From: Halorutilales archaeon Cl-col2-1
Lineage (GTDB): Archaea; Halobacteriota; Halobacteria; Halobacteriales; Afararchaeaceae
NCBI GenBank assembly: GCA_041891055.1
Contig: CP169074.1
Coordinates: 1,504,001 to 1,568,000 of the forward strand
DNA: 64,000 bases
Direction of reading: 5' to 3'
The position numbers were made by a program, and so were the translations under genes. The notes beneath the pieces were generated by a model. The model did not search any database and was not told where the DNA came from. It saw nothing but the letters and a program-made list of their open reading frames with translations. Of the stretch, positions 1-8,520 are shown one piece after another (within the stretch, counting starts at the first letter, position 1; each line of letters opens with the position of its first letter).

Positions 1-2
1 TA

Positions 3-158
3 TCGAAGGCTTGTAGCGAGTACGACCTGATGTTACTCGGGGCATCGACCGACAGACCCGTGGCTTCACGGTTCTTCTCACCACCTATGGTAGAACAGGT
101 CATAAACAAGGTCGACATACCCGTCGTGATCGTCCACAGCGAGTCGGCTTCGAGATGA
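3..158 (+). CDS. 3' fragment of probable universal stress protein (USP)-domain protein, truncated by window start
   Basis: Hand translation of frame 3: SKACSEYDLMLLGASTDRPVASRFFSPPMVEQVINKVDIPVVIVHSESASR*; resembles the USP C-terminus (DL...G ... PV.IV). Confidence 0.6.
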   Translation, partial: SKACSEYDLMLLGASTDRPVASRFFSPPMVEQVINKVDIPVVIVHSESASR

Positions 159-168
159 GGCGTTCGGA

Positions 169-1458
169 TCAGAGACGAGAGGAGACGAGTCTTCCGTGTC
201 CCGCCTCGCCGAAGCTCTCTTTTTCGGCGTCGTAGACGACCTCGCCTCGGCAGAGAACGAGGTCGGGGAAGACACCCGTCATTTCCTCGTACGGTGTCCA
301 GTCCGCCTTTGAGTGTAGCTTCTCGGCTCTTATCTCCTCAGTCTCCATATCTGTAACCACGAGGTCAGCGTCGTTTCCGACCTCTATACCGCCCTTCGTG
401 TCGAACCCGAAGACTTCAGCGGGGTTCGTCGAGGTTAGCTCGACGGCTCTCGAAAGACTGAGTTTGTCCTCGACGACGGCTCCGAGAACGAGCGGGAGTA
501 GAGTCTCGACACCGGGTACTCCCGACGGTGCCTGAGTTATAGGAGCGTTCTTCTCGTCTACTGTGTGGGGAGCGTGGTCGCTCGCAATCAGATCGAAGGT
601 GTCGGTCATATCCCAGAGAGTCTGTCTCGCCTCCTCGGTGCGTAGGGGAGGATTCATCCTGCCGAATGTACCGAGTTGGTCGAGGTCGTCGCGCGAGAGG
701 AAGAGATGGTGAGGTGTGACCTCGCACGTGTGAGAGGTCGACGAGACGGCTTCAACCGAGTCGGGGTGGGAGGTGTGAGCGAAATGGAGACGAGCGTCGT
801 CGATACCGTCGGCGATTCCGAGGGCGTCCTCGACTGCGGAGACCTCCGCCTCGGGAGGACGGTGGACAGACCAAGCGTCTGCGTTGTCCTCGTCGTAGTC
901 GTCTATTTCGACGAAAAGAGACGAGTCCTCGGCGTGTATAGTCGAGAGCTTTCGATTCTCGGATATGATCCCGACTGCCTCGGCGAAGAGGTCACGCGGT
1001 ATGCCGAGCTTTCCGGTCGAGTCAGCCATGAATATCTCGCCGAAAGCCGTGACGGGGAGGTCGAGAAGCTCATCGGGCTTCCAGTCGGTCGTGACCCCCG
1101 CGTTTATGCCGAAGTCTATCACTGACTTCTCGTCTGCGAGACGTCTCTTCTGTTCGAAGGCGTCGGCGTCGACCGTCGGCGGAGAGGTGTTGGGCTGGTC
1201 GACTACAGTCGTGACGCCGCCTGCCGCCGCCGACCTCGATCCTGTGTGCCAGTCCTCCTTGTGTGTCGCTCCGGGCTCCCTGAAATGGACGTGGACGTCT
1301 ATAGCACCCGGGAGAACGAGACCCCCGTCGGCGTCTATCTCGTCGTCGGCTTCTACGTCTGTGTCTATTTGGGCAATCTCGCCGTCGTCTACGAGAATGT
1401 CGACGTCTCTGAGACTGCCGTCGTAAAAGACGCGTCCGTTACTGATCCTAAGGCTCAT
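169..1458 (-). CDS. pyrC: dihydroorotase
   Basis: DVHVHFREPG, AAAGGVTT, EVTPHHL, MNPPLR, SDHAPH motifs. Confidence 0.93.
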   Translation of the reverse strand: MSLRISNGRVFYDGSLRDVDILVDDGEIAQIDTDVEADDEIDADGGLVLPGAIDVHVHFREPGATHKEDWHTGSRSAAAGGVTTVVDQPNTSPPTVDADAFEQKRRLADEKSVIDFGINAGVTTDWKPDELLDLPVTAFGEIFMADSTGKLGIPRDLFAEAVGIISENRKLSTIHAEDSSLFVEIDDYDEDNADAWSVHRPPEAEVSAVEDALGIADGIDDARLHFAHTSHPDSVEAVSSTSHTCEVTPHHLFLSRDDLDQLGTFGRMNPPLRTEEARQTLWDMTDTFDLIASDHAPHTVDEKNAPITQAPSGVPGVETLLPLVLGAVVEDKLSLSRAVELTSTNPAEVFGFDTKGGIEVGNDADLVVTDMETEEIRAEKLHSKADWTPYEEMTGVFPDLVLCRGEVVYDAEKESFGEAGHGRLVSSRL

Positions 1459-1534
1459 TAGACGGTTTTGGGGACACGTATAGAAGAAAACGCGGGTTTC
1501 GGCTCGGTTCGGGTTCTATGCGAGGTCTCTGCTT

Positions 1535-2518
1535 CTACTCGTCTCCGACTCCTAGATCCCCGGTGACCTCGACGGAGCCCCCGAGATCTCTCTTCGGGAA
1601 CGGCATCTCTATGCCCTCCTCGTCGAACCTCTCTTTTACCCTCTGTACGTACTCCGAACGTGTCTTGACGTAATCGGAGCGTCCGGGGTCGTTTATCCAG
1701 ATCCTCGACTGGAGACCGACATAAGAGTCGGCGAGCTCGGAGACACGTACCGACGGCGAGGGCGAGTCCATTATGCCGTCGTCTTTCTCGGCTTCCTCGA
1801 TTATTATGTCAGTCGCCTGGTCTATGTCGTCGTCGTAGCCTATACCGAAGACGAACTTGAGACGTAGCCTGTCTTTCGCCACGGGGTTCTTGACGACTCC
1901 GCCGGTGAGCTGTGAGTTGGGGACTGTGAGTAGCTCGTTGTCGAATGTCCTGACACGTGTCACGCGGAGGCTTATATCCTCAACTACGCCCGAGTAGCCG
2001 TCCCACTCGATCCAGTCACCTATCTTGAACGGCTTCTCTATGAAGACGAATATCCCTGAGACGAAGTTTTTCATCACGTCCTGTGTCGCGAAGCCGATAG
2101 CGAGTGTCGCCGCAGCACCTATCGTCGCGAGAGAACTGAGGAAGCTCCCGAATCCCGCGGTTCCGAAAGCCACACCGAAGGCGACAAATACTATTGCTAT
2201 GTTGAGTATCTTGATGAGAGGCTTGCGGGCGTGTTCGTCCATCTTCCTCGCTGAGAGAGTACGTCGGAAGAGAGGTACGACGACTGCCTTTCCGATTAGG
2301 TAGACGGCGACGAAGCCGACGACGAAGAGTATGAGCTGAGTTATGACACCGCCGTAGGGCACTTCCCCGAGAAACGGGAGTTCGACTGGTGGGTCGCCCG
2401 TCTGTATGGGCACGTCAGTGCCGGTGCCTGTACCCGTACCTGTCTGAAGAAGCCAGCTCGCGGCGCGATTCGGAGGGGGTAACGAGAGATCCATACAGAC
2501 AAAAGACGGCGAATTCAC
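1535..2518 (-). CDS. mscS: small-conductance mechanosensitive channel (start codon uncertain)
   Basis: Three TM segments, IGFATQD..NFVSG, PFKIGDWIE, VPNSQL, GIEMPFP. Confidence 0.9.
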   Translation of the reverse strand: MNSPSFVCMDLSLPPPNRAASWLLQTGTGTGTGTDVPIQTGDPPVELPFLGEVPYGGVITQLILFVVGFVAVYLIGKAVVVPLFRRTLSARKMDEHARKPLIKILNIAIVFVAFGVAFGTAGFGSFLSSLATIGAAATLAIGFATQDVMKNFVSGIFVFIEKPFKIGDWIEWDGYSGVVEDISLRVTRVRTFDNELLTVPNSQLTGGVVKNPVAKDRLRLKFVFGIGYDDDIDQATDIIIEEAEKDDGIMDSPSPSVRVSELADSYVGLQSRIWINDPGRSDYVKTRSEYVQRVKERFDEEGIEMPFPKRDLGGSVEVTGDLGVGDE

Positions 2519-2530
2519 TTATACTTAAGT

Positions 2531-3283
2531 CTAAACCTTCTCGGCGAAGCCGTAGCCTGACTTGAGGTCGGTGACCCGAACCTCCGTAATCTCGCCCTCG
2601 TCTCCGCCCTTTACTATGAGTGTGTAGCCGTCTATCTTAGCGATTCCGTCGCCCTCGTCACCCTCGCTGATTATGTCGACCTCTAACTCCTCACCCTCCT
2701 CGACAGGAGCGTCTATGTACTCCTTCCCTATGACATAGACCTCCGAGCTCTCGTCACGTGAGGCGTCGGGAGAGGCGGTCGAGACGTAGTCGAAGCTCGA
2801 CTCTACGTCGGATCGGAAGTCGTCTATCATGTCGCCCTGGAAGACCTTGACGACGAAGCTTCCGCCGGGTCTCAGAAGCTCCTCGGCGGTATCAAGCGCC
2901 GAACGGGCGAGATGTACTGACCGCGAGTGGTCGATGTTCCAGTCGCCGGTGAGGTTAGGAGACGCGTCGGAGGTCACGACGTCGACTTCTCCTCCCGTAA
3001 TCTCGCGAACCTCGTCGAGTGTTCTCTCCTCGGTCATGTCTCCGCGTACCGTCTCGACGCCGTCTTCGTCGATGGGATCTATCGACTGGAGGTCGACCCC
3101 GACCACCTCACCGGCTCTCTCCGCCTCGACCTGGAGCCATCCCCCAGGTGCGGCACCGAGGTCAACGACGGTGTCGGAGGGCGAAAACAGGTTCCTCTCG
3201 TCGTCCATCTGTATGAGCTTGTACGCCGACCGCGCCCTGTATCCCTCCTGTTTCGCCTTGTTGTAGTACTTGTCCTTCGGCAT
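2531..3283 (-). CDS. rlmE: 23S rRNA Um2552 methyltransferase with C-terminal TRAM domain
   Basis: YRARSAYKL, DLGAAPGGW, SRDESSEVY; C-terminal GDEGDGIAKIDGY TRAM domain. Confidence 0.95.
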   Translation of the reverse strand: MPKDKYYNKAKQEGYRARSAYKLIQMDDERNLFSPSDTVVDLGAAPGGWLQVEAERAGEVVGVDLQSIDPIDEDGVETVRGDMTEERTLDEVREITGGEVDVVTSDASPNLTGDWNIDHSRSVHLARSALDTAEELLRPGGSFVVKVFQGDMIDDFRSDVESSFDYVSTASPDASRDESSEVYVIGKEYIDAPVEEGEELEVDIISEGDEGDGIAKIDGYTLIVKGGDEGEITEVRVTDLKSGYGFAEKV

Positions 3284-3393
3284 TCTCTTACAGAAGATAG
3301 GTCGGCGGCTCTAAAGAGGGTACTGCTTGTAGGGGCAACGACACCAACATCGACAGCGACAGTATTAAGACTCGCCGAGAGCAATTCGTCGGC

Positions 3394-4842
3394 ATGCCCG
3401 AGGAACTTCCTCCTAAGGACGATTTCAGCGACTGGTATAACGAGCTTCTGTTTGAGGCAGAGATAATGGACGTGAGGTATCCCGCGAAGGGGGTCTACGT
3501 CTGGTTCCCGTTCGGATACGAGCTCAGGAACCTCGTCTACGACCGCCTCAAGGAGCTTCACGACGACACGGGACACAGGGAGGCGAGCTTTCCCGTCCTC
3601 ATACCTGAGGGAATACTCGCGAAGGAGAGCGAACACATAGCCGGGTTCGAGGAGGAGGTGTTCTGGGTCACACAGGGCGGCGACAAGGAGCTTGACGAAC
3701 GTATGGCTCTCCGCCCGACGAGTGAGACTCCGATGTACACGATGTTCGACCTCTGGGTGCGTTCACACACCGACCTGCCTCTCAAGGTGTACCAGGTCGC
3801 CAATATCTGGAGGTCGGAGACCGAACACACACGTCCTCTGATACGTCTGAGGGAGATAACGAGCTTCAAGGAGGCACACACCGCACACGCAAACCCCGAG
3901 GAGGCGGCGGAACAGGTCGAGACCGCACTCGACATCTACGGCGACTTCTTCGACTTCTTAGGCGTTCCCCACGTCGTCTGTGAACGTCCCGACTGGGACA
4001 AGTTCCCGGGTGCCGAGTACACTTACGCCGTCGATACACTGATGCCCGACGGACGCGCGCTCCAGATAGGTACAGCGCACAACTTAGGACAGAACTTCTC
4101 GGAGCCCTTCGACGTCGACTTCGAGACGCCCGAGGGAGAACACGACTACGTCTACCAGACGTCGTACGGCGTGAGCGAGAGATGTATCGCGTCAGTGATG
4201 TCGGTACACGGCGACGACAACGGTCTCGTACTCCCGAGCGAGGTCGCTCCAACACAGGTTGCGATCGTCCCGATACTCTTCGGAGACGACGACGAGAACG
4301 AGGCTATACTCGAAAAATGCGAGGAAGTCGTCGAGGAGCTTGAGGAAGAGTACGGTCTCCGCGTAGAACTCGACGACTCCGACGATAGCCCCGGAGCGAA
4401 GTACTACAAGTGGGAGCTCAAGGGAACCCCCGTACGTATAGAGATAGGTCCACGTGACCTCGAAGAAGGGTCCGCGGTCGTCGTCAACCGTCTCGGAGAG
4501 GAGTCGGACGCCGACTTCGATCAGATAGGCGAGGAGATAGACGACGAGCTAGAGTACCTGTCGAGACAGATAGGACAGAAGGCACAGGGAGAACTCGAAA
4601 GCAGGACTGAGGCCTGTGAGACCTACGACGAGGCGAGGTCGGTGATAGGTGACGGCTTCGCCGAGGCGATGTGGTGTGGAGACGAGGACTGTGGGAAGGA
4701 GATGGAAGACGAGATAGGCGGCGACATGCTCGGCGAGGTTATCGAGGGAATCGACACTCAAGCCGAGGACGAGACCGACGGAAGCTGTCTCGGATGTGGA
4801 GACGAGGGAGAGAAGTCGGTGATATTCGCGAAGACGTACTGA
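3394..4842 (+). CDS. proS: prolyl-tRNA synthetase (archaeal/eukaryotic type)
   Basis: LRPTSET, RPLIRLREI..FKEAHTAH, QIGTAHNLG, C-terminal Zn cysteines and terminal Tyr. Confidence 0.96.
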   Translation: MPEELPPKDDFSDWYNELLFEAEIMDVRYPAKGVYVWFPFGYELRNLVYDRLKELHDDTGHREASFPVLIPEGILAKESEHIAGFEEEVFWVTQGGDKELDERMALRPTSETPMYTMFDLWVRSHTDLPLKVYQVANIWRSETEHTRPLIRLREITSFKEAHTAHANPEEAAEQVETALDIYGDFFDFLGVPHVVCERPDWDKFPGAEYTYAVDTLMPDGRALQIGTAHNLGQNFSEPFDVDFETPEGEHDYVYQTSYGVSERCIASVMSVHGDDNGLVLPSEVAPTQVAIVPILFGDDDENEAILEKCEEVVEELEEEYGLRVELDDSDDSPGAKYYKWELKGTPVRIEIGPRDLEEGSAVVVNRLGEESDADFDQIGEEIDDELEYLSRQIGQKAQGELESRTEACETYDEARSVIGDGFAEAMWCGDEDCGKEMEDEIGGDMLGEVIEGIDTQAEDETDGSCLGCGDEGEKSVIFAKTY

Positions 4843-4850
4843 GACTGAGA

Positions 4851-5282
4851 ATGAACGACGAGACTGAGACGGGAGACAAAGACGGAGAAGAGGCTCGAAG
4901 CCGGGACGGAGACGCAGACGAGGTCGACGGCAGAGGAGACTGTGAGGCGTGTTTCGAGGCGGGGATAAAGCTGGGTGCGCTCTACCACCAGTTCACGGGC
5001 ACGCCAATCTCGGGCGAGTCGGCGGAGTCACTCGAAACCGCGATAGAGGAAGCAGTCGGGAACCAGAGGTACGTCGAGGAGGTCGGCGTAGAGATAAGCG
5101 GCATAGAGCCCAACCGGTTCGGCTACTCCGAGCTAGAGGGGGAGATGGTCGACGTGAGTCTCGTGGTCGAGAAGGAGGGTGTAGTCGTCGAGGCGAGCAT
5201 GAGTGAGGAGGACGGCTACCCCATGATGAGGGTCGACGAGGTTCTCGAAGAAGACGAAGAGAGCTACGAGACCCAAGACTAA
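4851..5282 (+). CDS. mptD: archaeal dihydroneopterin aldolase (MptD/MJ0408 family)
   Basis: ACFEAGIKLGALYHQFTGTP, GYSELEG, GYPMM; ATG at 4851 just after the proS stop. Confidence 0.85.
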   Translation: MNDETETGDKDGEEARSRDGDADEVDGRGDCEACFEAGIKLGALYHQFTGTPISGESAESLETAIEEAVGNQRYVEEVGVEISGIEPNRFGYSELEGEMVDVSLVVEKEGVVVEASMSEEDGYPMMRVDEVLEEDEESYETQD

Positions 5283-5289
5283 GGCGGGC

Positions 5290-5672
5290 GGGACAGGTAG
5301 TAGTTGTGACTTCCTCCCCGCCCTCCACTCGCACTTAATGTGCGAGTTTAAGGATATTCGGAAATCTTCGATTTCCGAGCTTCCACAAATCTCCGATTTG
5401 TGTTATAGCCAATCGAAGATTGGCGTATCATCCAGATCAAAGATCTGGAGGCGGGGCTTCCAGAGCAGTTTGACCATGATGCCGTCTTCTTTGGATCTCA
5501 CCTCAGAGCGGTCTTCTCTGGAAGTCATCAAGCAGAGCTTGATGGCTCGCAAATCAAAGATTTGCGAAGCCTCTGGGAGGTTCCTGCTTCCGCCACGAAC
5601 TTATAAACCGTGAGGCCCACAGAGGTTCTGTGTTCACAGGCGTAAATTCCGCCGCGCCCCTGCGTACTCGAT
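5290..5672 (-). ncRNA. putative TnpB omegaRNA/sotRNA-like guide RNA (scaffold plus flank-derived guide); ends approximate
   Basis: GGAATTTACGCCTGTGAA...GTGGCGGAAGCAGGAACC...right-end stem...GTCAC resembles haloarchaeal tnpB 3'-overlapping RNAs; TATA-like AAGCTATAT at 5706-5698 upstream. Confidence 0.6.
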
Positions 5673-5995
5673 GCTTAGAAATAGTACCGAGTGCGTGATA
5701 TAGCTTACGGCTGTCGCAAGATCTCTGATCTTGCTACCCACGAATTCAAAGAATTTGTGACTGTATCCCCTCCCTACTGTGTATGCAAATATTCGATTTG
5801 CTTGTGCTAGAAAACTCTACGAGTTTTCTGCATCACAGAAATCTCTGATTTCTGAAGACCCGTGAACCTAAGATTCACGAACGCTTCTTGTCTACTAAAG
5901 CAGACTGCGATGTGTTGAAAATCGGAGATTTTCATACGTATGCGAATCTCTGATTCGCAACACTCCTTGAGGAAGGGGACTTAGCCTGTAAAAAG
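5306..5995 (-). mobile_element. non-autonomous IS200/IS605 (IS1341-like) derivative, PATE-like, without tnpA/tnpB
   Basis: Minus strand left end: TTAA|CTTTTTACAGGCT-AAGT-CCCCTTCCT...AGGGAGGGGATACAG. Right end: GAAG-CCCCGCCTCC...GGAGGGCGGGG-AGGAAG-TCAC. Guides AAGT and GAAG predict cleavage sites TTxA and TCxC, and TTAA and TCAC are present. Confidence 0.78.
5328..5959. repeat. cluster of about 15 related 17-21 bp palindromes, most with the core ATC-NNN-GAT
   Basis: Hairpins at 5328-5346, 5358-5378, 5384-5402, 5408-5424, 5431-5449, 5526-5544, 5548-5566, 5716-5734, 5739-5759, 5785-5801, 5809-5829, 5836-5854, 5861-5879, 5916-5934, 5941-5959. Confidence 0.9.
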
Positions 5996-6023
5996 TTAAG
6001 TCGTGTCGGGTCTAAGCACCGGC

Positions 6024-6419
6024 ATGTCAGAGTCACAGACAAAGCTCGACGACGACGACCTGTTCACAGAGGCGTCCGACGAGATGAGGTCGGACATAAC
6101 CGAGGCGCTCGACGACGCGCGCGAGGCACTTCCCGAGACAGACAGTCTTCTCGAGATAGAGGGGGAGAACAACAACCTGATAGGCGTGCTCAACGGTCTC
6201 AAGTCGGATCTCGACGCCGAGAATGCGGCGGAGTCACTAGCCGAGGCGAAGAAATGGTTCGAGATGGGGAGAAGGGCGGACGCCTTCGACGGCGACTTCG
6301 TCGAGGAGACACAGGGGAGGATAGAAGACCTACACGAGGCGGTCGAGGCGGTCGAGACCGCGGAGGAGTCGGCGACTCAGCTTACCGACTCGGTCGCTAG
6401 TCTCAAACATCTCCTATAG
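6024..6419 (+). CDS. conserved haloarchaeal acidic helical protein (DUF5790-like)
   Basis: MSESQTKLDDDDLFTEASDEMR...EAKKWF.MG.RADAF pattern; TATA-like AAAGTTAAG about 25 nt upstream. Confidence 0.7.
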   Translation: MSESQTKLDDDDLFTEASDEMRSDITEALDDAREALPETDSLLEIEGENNNLIGVLNGLKSDLDAENAAESLAEAKKWFEMGRRADAFDGDFVEETQGRIEDLHEAVEAVETAEESATQLTDSVASLKHLL

Positions 6420-8207
6420 CTATAGATCCTCTATTCTGTCGAGATATCCCTCGTAGACGTCTATCGCGTCCTCTACGGGCTGGGGTGACGACATGTCTGC
6501 GCCCGCGGCTTCGAGGAGGTCGAGTGGATACTCGCTCGATCCCTTCGAGAGGAAATCTATGTATCTCTGTCTCGCCTCGTCGCCGTCTTCGAGTATCTGA
6601 TTGGCGAGTGATACGGCGGCACTCAGACCTGTCGAGTACTGGAAGACGTAGAAGGCGCGGTAGAAATGGGGTATTCTCATCCACTCTGTCCTTATACGGT
6701 CGTCGACGGCTGCGGGTTCGTAGAACTCGGTCTTGAGGTCGCCGTATATTTCGTCGAGTCTGTCGGGGGTGAGAGCACCGCCGTCCTCGACTATACCGTG
6801 GGTACGGTCTTCGAAGTCGGCGAACATCGTCTGTCTGAAGAGTGTGCCACGGAACTTCTCTATCATGTGGCTGAGGACGTGTCTTCTGAAGTCGTCGTCC
6901 TCGACTGTGTCGAGTAAGTGGTTGGTGAGTAGAACCTCGTTGACAGTGCTGGCGACCTCTGCGACGAAGATCGAGTAGCCCGAGTAGATGTAGGGCTGGC
7001 TCTCCTTCGTAAGCTCGGAGTGGAGAGAGTGTCCGAGTTCGTGGGCGAGTGTGTACATCGACGAGATGTCGTCCTGGTAGTTCATGAGTATGAAAGGCTG
7101 AGTGTCGTAGGTTCCGCCCGAGTAGGCACCCGACCTCTTCGCCTCGTTCTCGTATACGTCGACCCATCTCGACTCAAGACCCTCCTCTACCCTAGTCTGG
7201 TAGTCGTCTCCGAGGGGCTCGAAGGCATCGACGACGTGTTGGGTCGCGTCGTCGTAGGTGACCTCGGGCTCGGGGGTATCGGCGAGGGGCATGTAGACGT
7301 CCCACATCCGGAGGTCATCGACGTCTAAGAGGTCGCGTTTTATCTCGACGTGTCTGTGGAGAGGGTCGAGCCTGTCACGAACCGTCTCGACGAGGCTGTC
7401 GTAGACATCGACGGGTATCTTCGACGAGTCGAGCGAAGACTCCCTCGCTGTGTCGTAGTTATGTATCCTCGCGAGCTTTACGTCAGCCTTGACGCTTTTC
7501 TCGTAGGTCGTCCCGACTGTGTTCCGGAGTTCGCCGAGTGTGTCGTAGAACTTCTCATAGACATCGCGTCTGAACTCCCTGTCGGGGTTCTTCTGGAGCT
7601 TAGTGAAGTTGGAGAGTGTGATCTCGACCGGCTTGCCGTCGGGCTTCTCGACAGTCGGGAACTCGGTGTCGGCGTTTGTGAGTATACGGTAGACAGAAGA
7701 CGGCGCGCCTAAGACATCACTCAGGTCTGAGATGAGAGCCTCGACCTCGGCGGACCGGGTGTGGGGCTTCTTCCTCATCACGTCGTCGAGGTAGTGCTCG
7801 TAGACACCGAGTCCGTCGGTCTCGTCTACCATCTCGTCTATCTCGTCGCGGGTGTGGGACTGGATCGCGGGACGTATGAAGCTCGCCGCACTTCCGGCTT
7901 CGGACGAGACTGTCTCTGCGCGCGTCGTCATAGCCTGGTACTCCTGTCTCGTGGTATCCTCGTCACGTCTCATCCGGGCGTACGACGATAGCTTAGAGAC
8001 CTTCCTCATGACCTCTTCGCGTTTCTTCAGGATGGTGAGAAGATGTTCGCCGTCGTCGAACGAGTCGGTCTCCGCCTCGTCGAGTTCGTCGACCATCCCC
8101 TTGGTCTCCTCGAACTCCTCCTCCCAGTCTTCGTCTGTCGCGTAGATACTTTCGAGATCCCACCTGTACTCCTCGTCTATCTCCGAACGGTCAGGAACAG
8201 AGCTCAT
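6420..8207 (-). CDS. pepF: oligoendopeptidase F (M3B)
   Basis: WDLESIY, KRSGAYS, HELGHSLH, AEVAST, W.RIPHFY. Confidence 0.95.
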   Translation of the reverse strand: MSSVPDRSEIDEEYRWDLESIYATDEDWEEEFEETKGMVDELDEAETDSFDDGEHLLTILKKREEVMRKVSKLSSYARMRRDEDTTRQEYQAMTTRAETVSSEAGSAASFIRPAIQSHTRDEIDEMVDETDGLGVYEHYLDDVMRKKPHTRSAEVEALISDLSDVLGAPSSVYRILTNADTEFPTVEKPDGKPVEITLSNFTKLQKNPDREFRRDVYEKFYDTLGELRNTVGTTYEKSVKADVKLARIHNYDTARESSLDSSKIPVDVYDSLVETVRDRLDPLHRHVEIKRDLLDVDDLRMWDVYMPLADTPEPEVTYDDATQHVVDAFEPLGDDYQTRVEEGLESRWVDVYENEAKRSGAYSGGTYDTQPFILMNYQDDISSMYTLAHELGHSLHSELTKESQPYIYSGYSIFVAEVASTVNEVLLTNHLLDTVEDDDFRRHVLSHMIEKFRGTLFRQTMFADFEDRTHGIVEDGGALTPDRLDEIYGDLKTEFYEPAAVDDRIRTEWMRIPHFYRAFYVFQYSTGLSAAVSLANQILEDGDEARQRYIDFLSKGSSEYPLDLLEAAGADMSSPQPVEDAIDVYEGYLDRIEDL

Positions 8208-8306
8208 GTTATGTTTATATATGCTTACAGACTAAAGTCAGTCTTGGTTGGGAGTCTCAGACAACGTCGAAAGCATAAAATATCCTACATTTGTATCTGG
8301 AGTAAG

Positions 8307-8477
8307 ATGGCAATTGGTCTCACGGGTCTTGCGAGCGTCGAGATCATAGGAGTAGAGCTCTGGAAGGCGTGGATATTCACACATCTCGGAGGTATCATAG
8401 CCGGAGTTGGCTTCATAGTCGCAGGAAGTAAGTCGGGGAAGAAGGTCGAGTCTAAGACTGAGACAGAGACGGACTGA
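8307..8477 (+). CDS. small (56 aa) putative membrane protein
   Basis: ATG at 8307, hydrophobic core and charged tail, fills the pepF-trm56 gap. Confidence 0.5.
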   Translation: MAIGLTGLASVEIIGVELWKAWIFTHLGGIIAGVGFIVAGSKSGKKVESKTETETD

Positions 8478-8520
8478 GACAGTCCGAAAGACGTAATCCG
8501 AGTCTCGCCGAAGACTCCTT

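Noticed and set aside
4671-4850. Upstream extensions in the ORF track (mptD, rnhB, dnaG, mrp, HIT, S26, TraB)
   Set aside because: Extensions overlap neighbouring genes or promoters; downstream ATGs match family N-termini better.
5338-5613. 91-aa plus-strand ORF in the hairpin region
   Set aside because: Basic, Ser-rich and non-halophilic in composition; runs through the palindromes and shows no TnpA or TnpB motif.
5328-5959. CRISPR array interpretation of the repeated palindromes
   Set aside because: Units are non-identical, irregularly spaced, lack spacer-sized gaps, and there are no cas genes in the window.
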